From positions 1 through 58,731 of IMG/VR virus record IMGVR_UViG_3300037408_000723: a stretch of 58,731 nucleotides of DNA; one strand, 5' to 3'. The position numbers were made by a program, and so were the translations under genes. Position 1 is the first letter of the stretch. Each line of letters begins with the position of its first letter. A model generated the notes under the pieces. The model made no database searches. It saw only the letters and a program-made list of their open reading frames with translations, and had not been told where the DNA came from. Below, piece by piece: positions 10,589-21,245 of the stretch. Source of the DNA: a virus (lineage: Duplodnaviria; Caudoviricetes).

Positions 10589-11002
10589 ATGAATGAAGAT
10601 AAAAACTATTTTGATAATAGTTTAAACACGATAATAGTTAGTGATGATAAGAGATTTTCTTTTGAAATAACATACGAGAGTCCCGATGGCAAAAAGCTTG
10701 TCGGGACTTTTGTATCTAAGGTTCCATCAATTAAGGATATAATTAAAGTGAGTGAAGAGCAGTGTAAGATGCTAAAAGAGTTTTCATCAGACAATGTTCC
10801 TGTTGAAGCGCATAACTACTCTTATATGTATGCTACACTACTTGTTTGTTTGGTGTCGTATCCCGACTGGTTTTTAATTAATGATCCAGACAAACTTTAT
10901 GATATAAATTTATTAGGGGAGATCTACCGCACACACAAAGATGCGGTAGACCGATTTCGAGAGTCAAGTATTATTAGAATTAAAGGGGCAGTTAAAAAGT
11001 AA
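10589..11002 (+). CDS. Tail assembly chaperone (G-like)
   Basis: Between tube and tape measure; ATLLVCLVSYPDWF; contains TTT CGA near its end. Confidence 0.75.
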   Translation: MNEDKNYFDNSLNTIIVSDDKRFSFEITYESPDGKKLVGTFVSKVPSIKDIIKVSEEQCKMLKEFSSDNVPVEAHNYSYMYATLLVCLVSYPDWFLINDPDKLYDINLLGEIYRTHKDAVDRFRESSIIRIKGAVKK

Positions 11003-11351
11003 TTATTTTCATAAGGCAATGTACACAGTATGTAGGGAATTTAAAGTATTACCAACAGAGAAGAGATTCAAGGAACTAACTTGGTCGCAGATAATGTGGT
11101 TGTATGAATGTAATCAAGTATATGAAGCAGCTACTGACTCGCCAGATACTGAAATAGATTATGAATCTCTTCCAGAAGAAATTAAGGAAAATAAGTACAA
11201 AATAACCTCTGAGGCGAAACAAATAATGGATAAATTTGAGAGTGGTTTAGCCCCTAGTTTGGAAGATTTAGATAATTTAATAAACTATAAGAAAAAAATA
11301 GATGTTAAAGACTTTGAAGATGTAACTGATGAATTTAATGGCGCGGAATAA
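10956..11351 (+). CDS. Tail assembly chaperone extension (T-like), probably reached by +1 frameshift
   Basis: The +1 frame is open from 10950 through ATG 11019 to 11351, and ATG 11019 has no well-spaced RBS. Confidence 0.65.
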   Translation, partial: FESQVLLELKGQLKSNYFHKAMYTVCREFKVLPTEKRFKELTWSQIMWLYECNQVYEAATDSPDTEIDYESLPEEIKENKYKITSEAKQIMDKFESGLAPSLEDLDNLINYKKKIDVKDFEDVTDEFNGAE

Positions 11352-11354
11352 TAA

Positions 11355-13877
11355 ATGAATATAGATGACGAACTCAAAAGAGTAGAAAATTTAGGAAAAG
11401 CTATTAGTCTAACTAATAGACTATTAAATCAACAATATGGTTTATACCAAAAATTACGCGGAAATCCAGGAAGTATTACACAAAAGGAAATGCAAGCTCT
11501 TAAGGAGCGTGCTAATACCTTACGTGAAATAAATAGAACAGAGTTATCTTCAAGGGAGAAAAATTTAAAAGCACAACAAAAACGAATGCTTGAGAAGCTA
11601 TACCAACCTAAAAATAGATACTTAGGTGTCTCTGATCCAGAAAAATTAGAGGGTCAAAAAAAAGAACAGTACTATAGGTTTTGGGAAAAAAACGAATCGG
11701 TAAATTCCAACCTTAGAAAAATAAGAGGTTTAAGAGAAAAGATATATGAATCTACGTCATCCTTTAAAGGTTTTGGCTTAAAGGAAACATTAGATAAAAA
11801 AGAAAAAGCAAAGAGAGACGCTGAAGATAAAAAGAAGCAAGATCTAGAAATAAGTAAATATTCAAAATATTTTAAAGATCCAGGAACACAAGTAAGAAAA
11901 AATGCCGCGGGGTATTTTGAAGAGTATGGCTATAAAGATGTTGCTAAAAAAGACCAACAAGATATTATAAATAATCAAAAAGAAGAACAAAAGTTAAAAA
12001 ATAAAAATATTAAAGAAAGTGCAGCTGCGGATAAGAGGATAGCGAGTGAGCGGGAAAAGTTATTATCTCTAAATGAAGATTTATTGGATAATGAGTATAA
12101 GGAGAGGTTTAAGGTATTAGCTAAGGAACAAGAAAATGCAGATTTAGAACGTGTTAGATTAAATGATTTAATGGATTCTTTGGATGATAAAGAAGCCGAG
12201 AACAGATACAAGGATCAGTGGAAAGAGCTACAACAAGGCCAGCAACAATCAAAATTTAGTAAATTTTTAGGTGGGATTGGCGGGGCTGGTGGGATGGTAG
12301 GAAAAGGGGCTAAATTTGCTGGTATTGCCGCTGGTGGACCGATAGCAATAGCAGGGCTATTAGCGGGGGTTGCTTTAAATAAGGCAGCGGGTGTTGCTGC
12401 AGACGCGGTATCTTGGAAAATGGAAACGCTTAGAAAAGGCATAAGATTAGCGGGATCCTTAGGATCATCGGAATCTACGGTTAGTCTTGGTATGAGAAAA
12501 GCCTACATGGATGAGAACGAGGCTATAAACGCAAGACAAGCTATGATATCTTCAGGATACGGATCTGCCAATGATAATAGGTTTATAAATATGGCAAGAT
12601 TCGCTAAAGGATACGGTTTAGATACCGCGGACTCTTTAGGGTCTTTAAGTAGGATAGCCGCAGCCTCTGGAATGAAAGAAAGAAATAAGGATATAACGCC
12701 AGAATTGTTGTCGGGAATAATAACCCGCGGTCTAAATAAATCTGATATGGAGGTTGTCTTAAAAGCTTTAGAGGGTAGCATTACACAACTTAATAATGTA
12801 ATGCCATATGTATCTAATCAACAAAAGGCGGCCATAGTAGGTATGGAGGGGGCACTTATACAACAAGGCGTCTCAATGGAAGCGATACCGGGACTTATAG
12901 GAAAGGCTGTAGAGTCGGGTATGAAACCAAAAACTGGCATATCTAATTTTGCCGGTCTAATGGCTTCAGGATTCTTTAAAGGCCAAAAAGGAATGTTAGA
13001 CACAGCAAATAAACTAAAGATTGATGATAAACAACGGGCAACTCTTATAGATAAGATAAACAAAGCATCTTCTCCATTAGAATTTGCTAAGATAGCACAA
13101 TTAATGCGGGAATATGCCCCGGACCAGATGACTCGGGAAATGTTTAATAAATTGCCGGAAATATTTGGTGACGAGTTTACTAAAGGTAACTCGTTATTTT
13201 TAGGGGATCAAATATTACAAGGAAATTTGTCACAGCAAATAGAGATAAAAAAATCATTAGACAGTCTTAGATCTGTTATTGGAAAAATTCCAAAGACCGG
13301 GGATGGTGGCGGCGCGGCCTTTTCTGAATTTGCTAAATCAACAGAGGCATTCGCTCAATCGGTATTGTTATTTGAAAAATTAATAAAAAATGAACTTGGT
13401 ACTTCAATGGTGAAAGCCATGCAAGCGACTATGGGACCTTTTTTAGATAGTATATTTAATAATGGTGATAAGGATAATCAAAGAAGGTACGGAAAAGGTT
13501 TTTCAGGAATGGTCCGTCAAACCGCAGATAATTTATTACCAGGAGACCAAAGTTTAAAAATAGGCGGGATACCATCTAATGAATTTCTAAAAAGGTTTGA
13601 TACCGGAGAGGATTTGAAGGTTTCTAGTGTAACAGAATTAAGTGGGATGATAGCGGCTATTGAAAATTCTAGGACATTTGCTCCTCAAAAGGTTGAAAGT
13701 TTACAAAACTTACACTTGGTATTGAATGATCTCCCAGAAAGATTTGAAAAAATTTTAAATAAAGCCATAGAAACAGCCAAAGAGAACGTAATACGAGGTA
13801 TATCCGGTAAAGACTCAAAATCACTTACTGTAATTGAGCGTAGGGCACACGGGTCAGACTCCAGAAATACGAAATAA
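11355..13877 (+). CDS. Tape measure protein
   Basis: Long helical protein with a Gly/Ala-rich hydrophobic segment, directly after the chaperones. Confidence 0.8.
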   Translation: MNIDDELKRVENLGKAISLTNRLLNQQYGLYQKLRGNPGSITQKEMQALKERANTLREINRTELSSREKNLKAQQKRMLEKLYQPKNRYLGVSDPEKLEGQKKEQYYRFWEKNESVNSNLRKIRGLREKIYESTSSFKGFGLKETLDKKEKAKRDAEDKKKQDLEISKYSKYFKDPGTQVRKNAAGYFEEYGYKDVAKKDQQDIINNQKEEQKLKNKNIKESAAADKRIASEREKLLSLNEDLLDNEYKERFKVLAKEQENADLERVRLNDLMDSLDDKEAENRYKDQWKELQQGQQQSKFSKFLGGIGGAGGMVGKGAKFAGIAAGGPIAIAGLLAGVALNKAAGVAADAVSWKMETLRKGIRLAGSLGSSESTVSLGMRKAYMDENEAINARQAMISSGYGSANDNRFINMARFAKGYGLDTADSLGSLSRIAAASGMKERNKDITPELLSGIITRGLNKSDMEVVLKALEGSITQLNNVMPYVSNQQKAAIVGMEGALIQQGVSMEAIPGLIGKAVESGMKPKTGISNFAGLMASGFFKGQKGMLDTANKLKIDDKQRATLIDKINKASSPLEFAKIAQLMREYAPDQMTREMFNKLPEIFGDEFTKGNSLFLGDQILQGNLSQQIEIKKSLDSLRSVIGKIPKTGDGGGAAFSEFAKSTEAFAQSVLLFEKLIKNELGTSMVKAMQATMGPFLDSIFNNGDKDNQRRYGKGFSGMVRQTADNLLPGDQSLKIGGIPSNEFLKRFDTGEDLKVSSVTELSGMIAAIENSRTFAPQKVESLQNLHLVLNDLPERFEKILNKAIETAKENVIRGISGKDSKSLTVIERRAHGSDSRNTK

Positions 13878-15808
13878 TGCAATATCAAGGAATAGGGTAT
13901 TATGATTGCGATATTATGGTATATTCACAAACTGGAAAAGTTTATGGAAATGACACACCATCATATTATTATGATAATTTAGATAGTATACACATAGGAA
14001 TAAATAATTCTTTGTTGTCTTGCACAACAACCAAATCTTTAGGGGAAGGTTCAGGAACATTCTCTATAACCTTAATAAATAATCAAGACTCTAATGGGTT
14101 AAGGTGGTCGGATATATTAAATCCACAGGATCTAGTAGTAATATCTTTTTATTCCGATAGGTCTATTTATTTTAAGGATAAAGGTAGTATAGATGTAAAA
14201 CCTGCTGTAGTTATGGTGGGTATAATAAATGTTATAAACAGTAGTATTGATTATGATAATAATAATCCGGTATATACTATAGAAATAACTGGAAAAGACG
14301 TCGGACAATATCTCGAAGAGGCCATACTCCACTATTGGTTAGTTGATGGTTCAGGAAACGCCAATCATCAATTTACAGACAATCAAATAGTTTTTGATAG
14401 AATAAATGTATCTATAAAAAATATAATAGAAGAGACCTTCTATGGTTATTATAGCAGTATAGTCGGTATTCCAAAAGGAACTCTGCCTATTAATTCTGAT
14501 AGATTAGGTTTGAGGGAGGTACTCGGGTATAAATTGGCGTTTGTAAATGGATTTTTTTATCCAAATTCCCCAAAGTTTATATTAGATGAGGCATCAATAA
14601 AAGATAATATACTTACCTTGTTAAGTTACCCTTTTGTGGAATTTTTCGTAGACGTTATACATAAAGATGAGTTATATGCTAACCACAATAAAACTGGGTA
14701 TGTACCTATACCGTATAATAATAAGCCAGTACTTAGAGAATTTAAAAATAAAGATTTGAATAATAAAAGTGCCCCATATAATATTACGGAACTAGTTAAT
14801 AGTGTTTTTATAAAAGAGATACCTAGATATGAGGAAACAAAGCAGCAAGATGGAACACTACAAAATTTTGGCTTCCAGCTTCACTTTGGAAAATATGGGG
14901 AATACTCTGTAAATATAATAGTACGTCCTACACCATTTATGTCAAGATTTTCAGACACTTTCAGTGTTCCAGAAAATACCCCTAAAGGTAGCGGAGGAGT
15001 AACTGTGGGGTATACTGGTGCTGGTATGTTTGGGGTAAATTGGAACGCCTTACCGGTAGTTATAATAGACAAAGAAAGTGATGTTTTATCTGAAGATTTG
15101 AATAGAAGTAAGAATGAGGTATTCAATTATTTTCACACTAATTTTGAGGCGCTAGAGGGGATAAGTCCCATTAATTTTGATATGGCGGGTATAAAAAGGG
15201 ATTCTAGCTGGTTATGGGATTATTATAATTGGAAAAATATTCAAAAATATGGTATTAGAAAGTATAGTTGTAATATGAAATATATTCCTGCTATAGGAGA
15301 TTTGTGTATAGATGGAACATTTGATACAGATTCTTTGAAAAATTTTATAAAAAATCCAGCAAAAACCAATACAAATATTAGCAAAACAATGATACATTAT
15401 AACGAAATGTTGCATGATTGGTTTATATATAATGATGAGATGCTTTCTGGAAAATTTGTAGTAAGGGGAAATCCAGATATAAAGATAGGTAAGAGATTAA
15501 GGATATTTAATAATTCCGGCATTATTTCCAAGGATAACACAGGGCGAGAATTCGAATATTATATAGAAGAAGTAACACACACTTTTAAGAGAGATAATAC
15601 TGGGGGAAATTTCACAACAACGGTATATGTTACAAGGGGTTTTGATAAAAATAGAAAATTAACTAGCCCGGGGGGTGAACAAACGGATATTTTAAAGTAT
15701 TCTAAGGAAGGGTTTAATAAATATGCCGAATGGTATGACAAATATAAAAGTAGTGGGGATAAATCTTATAATATAAATGGATACAACTATAATAGGGGAA
15801 ATAAATAG
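13877..15808 (+). CDS. Baseplate hub protein
   Basis: TTKSLGEGSGTFSITL, IEITGKD, GNPDIKIGKRL, EYYIEEVTHTF and TTTVYVTRG. Confidence 0.8.
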   Translation: MQYQGIGYYDCDIMVYSQTGKVYGNDTPSYYYDNLDSIHIGINNSLLSCTTTKSLGEGSGTFSITLINNQDSNGLRWSDILNPQDLVVISFYSDRSIYFKDKGSIDVKPAVVMVGIINVINSSIDYDNNNPVYTIEITGKDVGQYLEEAILHYWLVDGSGNANHQFTDNQIVFDRINVSIKNIIEETFYGYYSSIVGIPKGTLPINSDRLGLREVLGYKLAFVNGFFYPNSPKFILDEASIKDNILTLLSYPFVEFFVDVIHKDELYANHNKTGYVPIPYNNKPVLREFKNKDLNNKSAPYNITELVNSVFIKEIPRYEETKQQDGTLQNFGFQLHFGKYGEYSVNIIVRPTPFMSRFSDTFSVPENTPKGSGGVTVGYTGAGMFGVNWNALPVVIIDKESDVLSEDLNRSKNEVFNYFHTNFEALEGISPINFDMAGIKRDSSWLWDYYNWKNIQKYGIRKYSCNMKYIPAIGDLCIDGTFDTDSLKNFIKNPAKTNTNISKTMIHYNEMLHDWFIYNDEMLSGKFVVRGNPDIKIGKRLRIFNNSGIISKDNTGREFEYYIEEVTHTFKRDNTGGNFTTTVYVTRGFDKNRKLTSPGGEQTDILKYSKEGFNKYAEWYDKYKSSGDKSYNINGYNYNRGNK

Positions 15809-15811
15809 TAT

Positions 15812-16702
15812 ATGCAACGTTATCAATACTACGCGTTTTCTAACACAAATAAAGAATCAAAATCGAGAAATGATTTCAATTTTTTATCTACTGGTGTAGT
15901 TGTTTCTGTAGATTACAATAATAATAGTGTTGCTGTTAGGGACGACAATGGTACACTATATTCTTTAGTTCAGGTATTATCAAGAAATTATTTTGAAAAT
16001 TTTATAGATTACGGCGCTAATAGTACTATAGAAGATACTAGATCTAAAGAATTTAAAGGAACTCTAAATATATTTTTGCCACAACTATACTCCAGGGTGG
16101 TATATGGTTTTATACATGGAAAGAATAACTTTCCAATAATAATAGGGTGTTTACCAGACAGACTAGAGACGTCCAATAGAATAGTTCAAATAGATGAATC
16201 TAATAAGGTATATGAGGAGGGAAGGGATCTATACTTGCACCCATCTCATTATTGGGAAAAAATAGAGGGGAATGGCAATAAAGAAACATATTTTCCAGAT
16301 GGAACAAAGATATCTATTAGTGATAGAGTTTTGGACAAAGGGTCGGAATTATCTTATGATAATTTGTATGAATTAATCGATGAAGATCTCCTTGAACCAA
16401 AAGCGTATAGAATAAAGCACTCTACCGGGACAGTAGTATTAATATCAAATACTGGTGAGGTAACTTTAGATTTATCCTCTTTGAATGACTCCCATCAAAC
16501 AGTAACAATTTTAAGTAAAAATGTTATCATAGAGGGTTCATCTATATTATTAGGAAAAGACGCTGCAGAGAGTCTGGTAAAAGGAGACTCTTTTAAAACT
16601 TTATATGATTCACATATCCATATGACCGGTGCTGGCCCCTCTGGGCAGCCTACGGTATTAATGGATTCTACGCATTTAAGTAACGTATCAAAAACTATTT
16701 AA
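15812..16702 (+). CDS. Baseplate central spike (gpV/gp45-like)
   Basis: OB-fold-like N-terminus, beta repeats and C-terminal HxH apex (LVKGDSF..YDSHIH..GPSGQP). Confidence 0.8.
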   Translation: MQRYQYYAFSNTNKESKSRNDFNFLSTGVVVSVDYNNNSVAVRDDNGTLYSLVQVLSRNYFENFIDYGANSTIEDTRSKEFKGTLNIFLPQLYSRVVYGFIHGKNNFPIIIGCLPDRLETSNRIVQIDESNKVYEEGRDLYLHPSHYWEKIEGNGNKETYFPDGTKISISDRVLDKGSELSYDNLYELIDEDLLEPKAYRIKHSTGTVVLISNTGEVTLDLSSLNDSHQTVTILSKNVIIEGSSILLGKDAAESLVKGDSFKTLYDSHIHMTGAGPSGQPTVLMDSTHLSNVSKTI

Positions 16703-16709
16703 AGACAAT

Positions 16710-17219
16710 ATGCTTAATAAAAGTACTTTAAAACAAGAAATATTGGTTATTATGAATAATAAACCAACAAGTTTATATTCTGCCGCGCAATTGTGGTCAG
16801 ATGCTTATGATATTTACGCTAAAGATGCTACTGACTTATCTGGAGATACTATAAAATCTGGTACTAATAAGGATAGTCTATTAACAAAATTACATGAAGC
16901 ATTCTTATCTATGGATGCTGGTATTTCTTCCACTAAGATAAATGAGGGAGTAATATCTTATTGGGGCTCTGTAGTTTTTAATACAGATAATATAATACCA
17001 CCGTGGACATCTAAGATAAGTTCTAAAGTAACATACCCGCCGTTATTAAACCCCGAAAGTTTATATACAATATTTATGTCGCTAGAGAATAGTGCAACAT
17101 ATGAATCAAAGGCGATAGAAATTTCAGACTATTTACATACTATAACGACTACAGCGAAAGCGACTATTAGTTATATGGAAGGTCAAATAGCCGGAACAGT
17201 GACTTTTAATTTATCATGA
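16710..17219 (+). CDS. Hypothetical baseplate-associated protein
   Basis: Follows the spike within the operon. Confidence 0.55.
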   Translation: MLNKSTLKQEILVIMNNKPTSLYSAAQLWSDAYDIYAKDATDLSGDTIKSGTNKDSLLTKLHEAFLSMDAGISSTKINEGVISYWGSVVFNTDNIIPPWTSKISSKVTYPPLLNPESLYTIFMSLENSATYESKAIEISDYLHTITTTAKATISYMEGQIAGTVTFNLS

Positions 17220-17252
17220 GCGTAAAGTATATAATTAAATTAGGAGGGATAT

Positions 17253-18524
17253 GTGCCAGATTTTGCTAAATTTTTTGGATCTATGGTAGATGTTGGGAAA
17301 ACTGTTGATTCTTTAATAGCACGTCCCCTTACTGAATCGATTACAGCTGTTTTAAATACTGGTGGGGGGTCTAACCTATTTTCAAGTTTAGAGTTAAACC
17401 CCTTATTGACGCAGAAAACCTGTAGAGATCTCGATGAGTATAAATTTTCACTAGCTGTTTATGATGATACTGTAGTAACAAATCCGATAATAACAACTTT
17501 TGTATTTAGGAATACACCAGATGAATATACAGACATACAACCGGTAAGGTATTCTATAACACAAACTCCTGGAGGGTATTGGCTAGAAGACTTTGGACCC
17601 GGTGTTAGAGAGATAAATATAAAAGGTGTAACAGGGTTTAGAAAAATGGCAAATAGTGATGGTGTTATTCAAGATGGAAAAACAATAATGGAGTCTCTAA
17701 ATAACATAATTAACACAGCCTATCTTAATAGAAGACGAGATTTATATAATAATAAAAAAGATTTTAGAAAAGTGACAATGTCCTTTACTGTGCATGGAGA
17801 GGATGCAAAATTTTATGATTTAATCGTGCATCCCATTAATTTTTCTATATCTAGATCGAAGTCTAACCCCTTATTGTATTATTATGATATACGACTTATT
17901 GTAATAGGAATAAATAGTCCTAAAAGCCCTACTGCAAAGGACATGTTAAATTCTGACGATGGGTTGGGCTCATTAAATCAGACGTATAAGTTATTACAAA
18001 AGGTTACAGAACAGACTAAAGATATAGTAGAAAAAGGTATAGATAATTGCCCTATAGCAAAAGATCTTATAAAAATGGGGGATGGTATAGCAAGATCTGT
18101 AAATGGTTTATTAACTCCTATAACAGGTCCCGTGGGTGATTTTATTCTCAGTATAAAGAATAACGAAATAGCTAAAGTAGGGGGGGATATAATTACATAT
18201 TTGGCACCAAAAATAATACCTACGATGGAACTATTGGATTCGGCACAAGCGGCGCTATATAAAAAAGATTATGAGGGATACTATTTATCACTTTTAGGTG
18301 CTGCTAAAATATATCAAGATACAACAGATGCAAATAATGCGATATCAAGGGCGGTTTCTTTAGGGGAGATTAGTTACGATATAGCTAGAACACTAAGACA
18401 ATATGTAATATGTTTATCTGCGTTAGAAAAACATGCTGCCAAACATTATGGTGACACGGCAGAAAGGTATCTTGGAAGAAGGAATAATTTCGAAGATTCT
18501 GGTTGCGCAAGTACCTTGAGGTAA
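17253..18524 (+). CDS. Baseplate/tube-initiator-like protein
   Basis: QTPGGYWLEDFGPGVREINIKGVTGF and SRSKSNPLLYYYDIRL; GTG start with RBS AGGAGG. Confidence 0.65.
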   Translation: MPDFAKFFGSMVDVGKTVDSLIARPLTESITAVLNTGGGSNLFSSLELNPLLTQKTCRDLDEYKFSLAVYDDTVVTNPIITTFVFRNTPDEYTDIQPVRYSITQTPGGYWLEDFGPGVREINIKGVTGFRKMANSDGVIQDGKTIMESLNNIINTAYLNRRRDLYNNKKDFRKVTMSFTVHGEDAKFYDLIVHPINFSISRSKSNPLLYYYDIRLIVIGINSPKSPTAKDMLNSDDGLGSLNQTYKLLQKVTEQTKDIVEKGIDNCPIAKDLIKMGDGIARSVNGLLTPITGPVGDFILSIKNNEIAKVGGDIITYLAPKIIPTMELLDSAQAALYKKDYEGYYLSLLGAAKIYQDTTDANNAISRAVSLGEISYDIARTLRQYVICLSALEKHAAKHYGDTAERYLGRRNNFEDSGCASTLR

Positions 18525-18527
18525 AAT

Positions 18528-19736
18528 ATGTCAAATCTAACATTTAAAGAATATACTATTAAAAACTACGATACTATACGGGGACTTAGTTTAAAATTTT
18601 TAGGAGATAGCTCTCGGTGGATGGATCTTGTAGATCTTAATAATCTAGATTACCCCTATATAGAAAGTATAGATGAAAGTCAATATGCAGAAGGATATGT
18701 GACATTTTACTTTAAAAGAGAGTACTTATCACAGGAAATAACCATAGGTGCTGGATTGGTCCTTATATCTAAAGAAGGATATAAGTATGAGACTACGGGA
18801 TCTACTACAAAATTTAGTGATTTTGAACATATAGATATACACATAAGGGCGGTATCCGCGGGGTCTAATTATAATGCTTATATAGGCGATATACAGGAAC
18901 TAGAAATGGACTTACAGTACATTAGTGCTATAATGAACTATGAGCCGGTAACCTTATTTAGTAAATATATAAATAAGGCAGAGGGGTACATAACCGTAAC
19001 ACTTACAGGATCCTCGGCGTTTATACCGTATGGTACTACATTCTATACCGCGGAAGACGATCCTGATATTTATGTTAGATCTTATTATGCTCTTGAGTCT
19101 ATAAATTTAGATAGTGGTACAAAATCTGGTAACATAAAGGTAAGAAGTACTGAGTGGGGGAATATAGGAAACGTTACTTCTAATAAAATAAGGGTAATAA
19201 ATAACGCATCATTACAGAATATTGTAAGCGTGACTAACAAAGAAGCTATATCAAATGGGCATATTGTAAATGTTTTAAATCCCGGGGATACAATGCTTGT
19301 ACCAATTAACCTAGATGATAGTTCTAACACACCAATGTATAAATTGGAAGAGAATAATGATGTAAAATTATTTAAAGAGGACATTTATTTAGATAGTAGT
19401 GGTGATAGGTTAATGGATATAAATGGGGATTATAAGAGGGTGGCTGGATTAGATAATTTAAAGCAAGCTATAAATCTACTGTTATCCACTAAAAAGGGCA
19501 CTTTGGCGTATCATCCAGAGTACGGGAGTAATATTACAACGTTTTTGGGGGAAACAAAAACAACTCTAACATTGGGTATAATTAAAGCAGAGATACGGCG
19601 AGCAGTATTGTCAGAATATAGGGTTAAAGATATAGATTCTATAGATATTTTTGTAGATAATGATGTAATATACATATATATAGGTGTGGTACCTATAAAT
19701 TATGATTATCCAGTAAATTTAACGTTCGTTGTTTAG
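18528..19736 (+). CDS. LysM-like plus gp25-like baseplate wedge/sheath initiator with inserted gpJ-like domains
   Basis: N-terminal YTIKNYDTIRGLS..LVDLNNL; C-terminal GLDNLKQAI..L.T.KG.LAYHPEYGS. Confidence 0.8.
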   Translation: MSNLTFKEYTIKNYDTIRGLSLKFLGDSSRWMDLVDLNNLDYPYIESIDESQYAEGYVTFYFKREYLSQEITIGAGLVLISKEGYKYETTGSTTKFSDFEHIDIHIRAVSAGSNYNAYIGDIQELEMDLQYISAIMNYEPVTLFSKYINKAEGYITVTLTGSSAFIPYGTTFYTAEDDPDIYVRSYYALESINLDSGTKSGNIKVRSTEWGNIGNVTSNKIRVINNASLQNIVSVTNKEAISNGHIVNVLNPGDTMLVPINLDDSSNTPMYKLEENNDVKLFKEDIYLDSSGDRLMDINGDYKRVAGLDNLKQAINLLLSTKKGTLAYHPEYGSNITTFLGETKTTLTLGIIKAEIRRAVLSEYRVKDIDSIDIFVDNDVIYIYIGVVPINYDYPVNLTFVV

Positions 19737-19745
19737 GAGTGAATA

Positions 19746-21245
19746 ATGGCCTTTAATCTAAAGAATTTTACGCAAATAGTTTATAGTATGGCTAACTGGT
19801 TCGGAATCAGCGCTCTTAAAGATAATGACTTATCGATAGGATCAGTTCTGAGAACCGATTTAGAAGCAGTAGCTCTAGAGTTGGAAGAATTATACTACAG
19901 AACCCACGCGGGGCTTATAGACGCTCAAGCTGATGCCTTATATGATGCTTTTAATTTTTCAACATTACAAGCAGCCCCGTCTACAGGAACTATAACTTTT
20001 AGAGTAGCGGACATTGATCAAAATATAATAATACCGTCAGGTATATTAGTATCAACAGACCCGGTAGGAAATTACCCATCGGTGACTTATCAAACAACGC
20101 TATCAGCCGAGATAAATCCTAAAACTTATAGAACTGTTTCTATAGAATACGTGTCTGGTATATTAGAATATCCCATAGCTAAGTCAGAAGGATTTAGTTT
20201 AGTATCGTCTATAGTAAGTGTTAAGAAGGGTATTACTACATATATACAAAATACTGATTATATTTTAGATACTGAAGATTACGCATCAGCGTCAATTTTA
20301 CGGTGGCTAACACCAGGTGTATTAACTACGGGGGATATATTAACAGTAACATATACGGCGATAGGCGTGGATGTTCCTGTAGTTTGCTTAACATCTGGAA
20401 TTATAGGAAGGGTCTCTTCTAATACAATAAAAAATATAGACTCACAAATTATTAATGTTGAATCTGTAACAAATTTGGTATCTTTTGTTGACGGAAGAGA
20501 AACAGAAACTAATGAGGAAAGAAAACTAAGATTTTCTAGATTCATGGCAGGACAAGCTCGTGGAACTTTAGAATCTATACGATATGCTCTTTTTAATGAG
20601 GTCGAAGATTATACTATTAATACCGTACACATTTTAGAGAATTCACCCTCACCCGGATTTTTAAAAATTTACATAGCGGACAACACTGGTACCGCATCTC
20701 AGGATATGATAGGTGCAGCATTAGATGTAGTAGAAGAATATAAAGGTGCTTGCATTATAGCTACAATAGGCACCCCTACAATTATACCAGTTAATGTTGA
20801 TATACGTTTACGGTTAAATGATAGGTTTAAAAGTTCTGAAGAGGGTATACGATTATCTATTAATAAGATAGTAGTAGACCATCTAAATAGTTACACTTTT
20901 CCAAATGATAGTAATAATTCAGAGTTAAATTTGTCTACATTAGATTATGTTATAAGAAATGCGGATACAGCAGCAATATTGGACTCAGATGTAGTATTTA
21001 AAACAGGAACAGAATATGATTATTCAGAGAATAATTTTAATAATATAACACCTAGTGATATAGTTCCCGTAATAGACGATACCCGTGCCGAAATAATAAA
21101 AGCCGGTAATGTTTTAGTTCGTATATTTTTTGTAGATAATGGACTTCCATTAAGTAGTTTGGGAAAGACAGGCGACTTTTACAAGGATAAAAATTCCGCA
21201 AAGGTATATAAAAAGGTAGATTCAAGTACTTGGAGTGAAGTATGA
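19746..21245 (+). CDS. Baseplate J-like wedge protein
   Basis: GSVLRTDLEAVA and SVTNLVSFVDGRETETNEERKLRF..ARGTLESI. Confidence 0.88.
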   Translation: MAFNLKNFTQIVYSMANWFGISALKDNDLSIGSVLRTDLEAVALELEELYYRTHAGLIDAQADALYDAFNFSTLQAAPSTGTITFRVADIDQNIIIPSGILVSTDPVGNYPSVTYQTTLSAEINPKTYRTVSIEYVSGILEYPIAKSEGFSLVSSIVSVKKGITTYIQNTDYILDTEDYASASILRWLTPGVLTTGDILTVTYTAIGVDVPVVCLTSGIIGRVSSNTIKNIDSQIINVESVTNLVSFVDGRETETNEERKLRFSRFMAGQARGTLESIRYALFNEVEDYTINTVHILENSPSPGFLKIYIADNTGTASQDMIGAALDVVEEYKGACIIATIGTPTIIPVNVDIRLRLNDRFKSSEEGIRLSINKIVVDHLNSYTFPNDSNNSELNLSTLDYVIRNADTAAILDSDVVFKTGTEYDYSENNFNNITPSDIVPVIDDTRAEIIKAGNVLVRIFFVDNGLPLSSLGKTGDFYKDKNSAKVYKKVDSSTWSEV

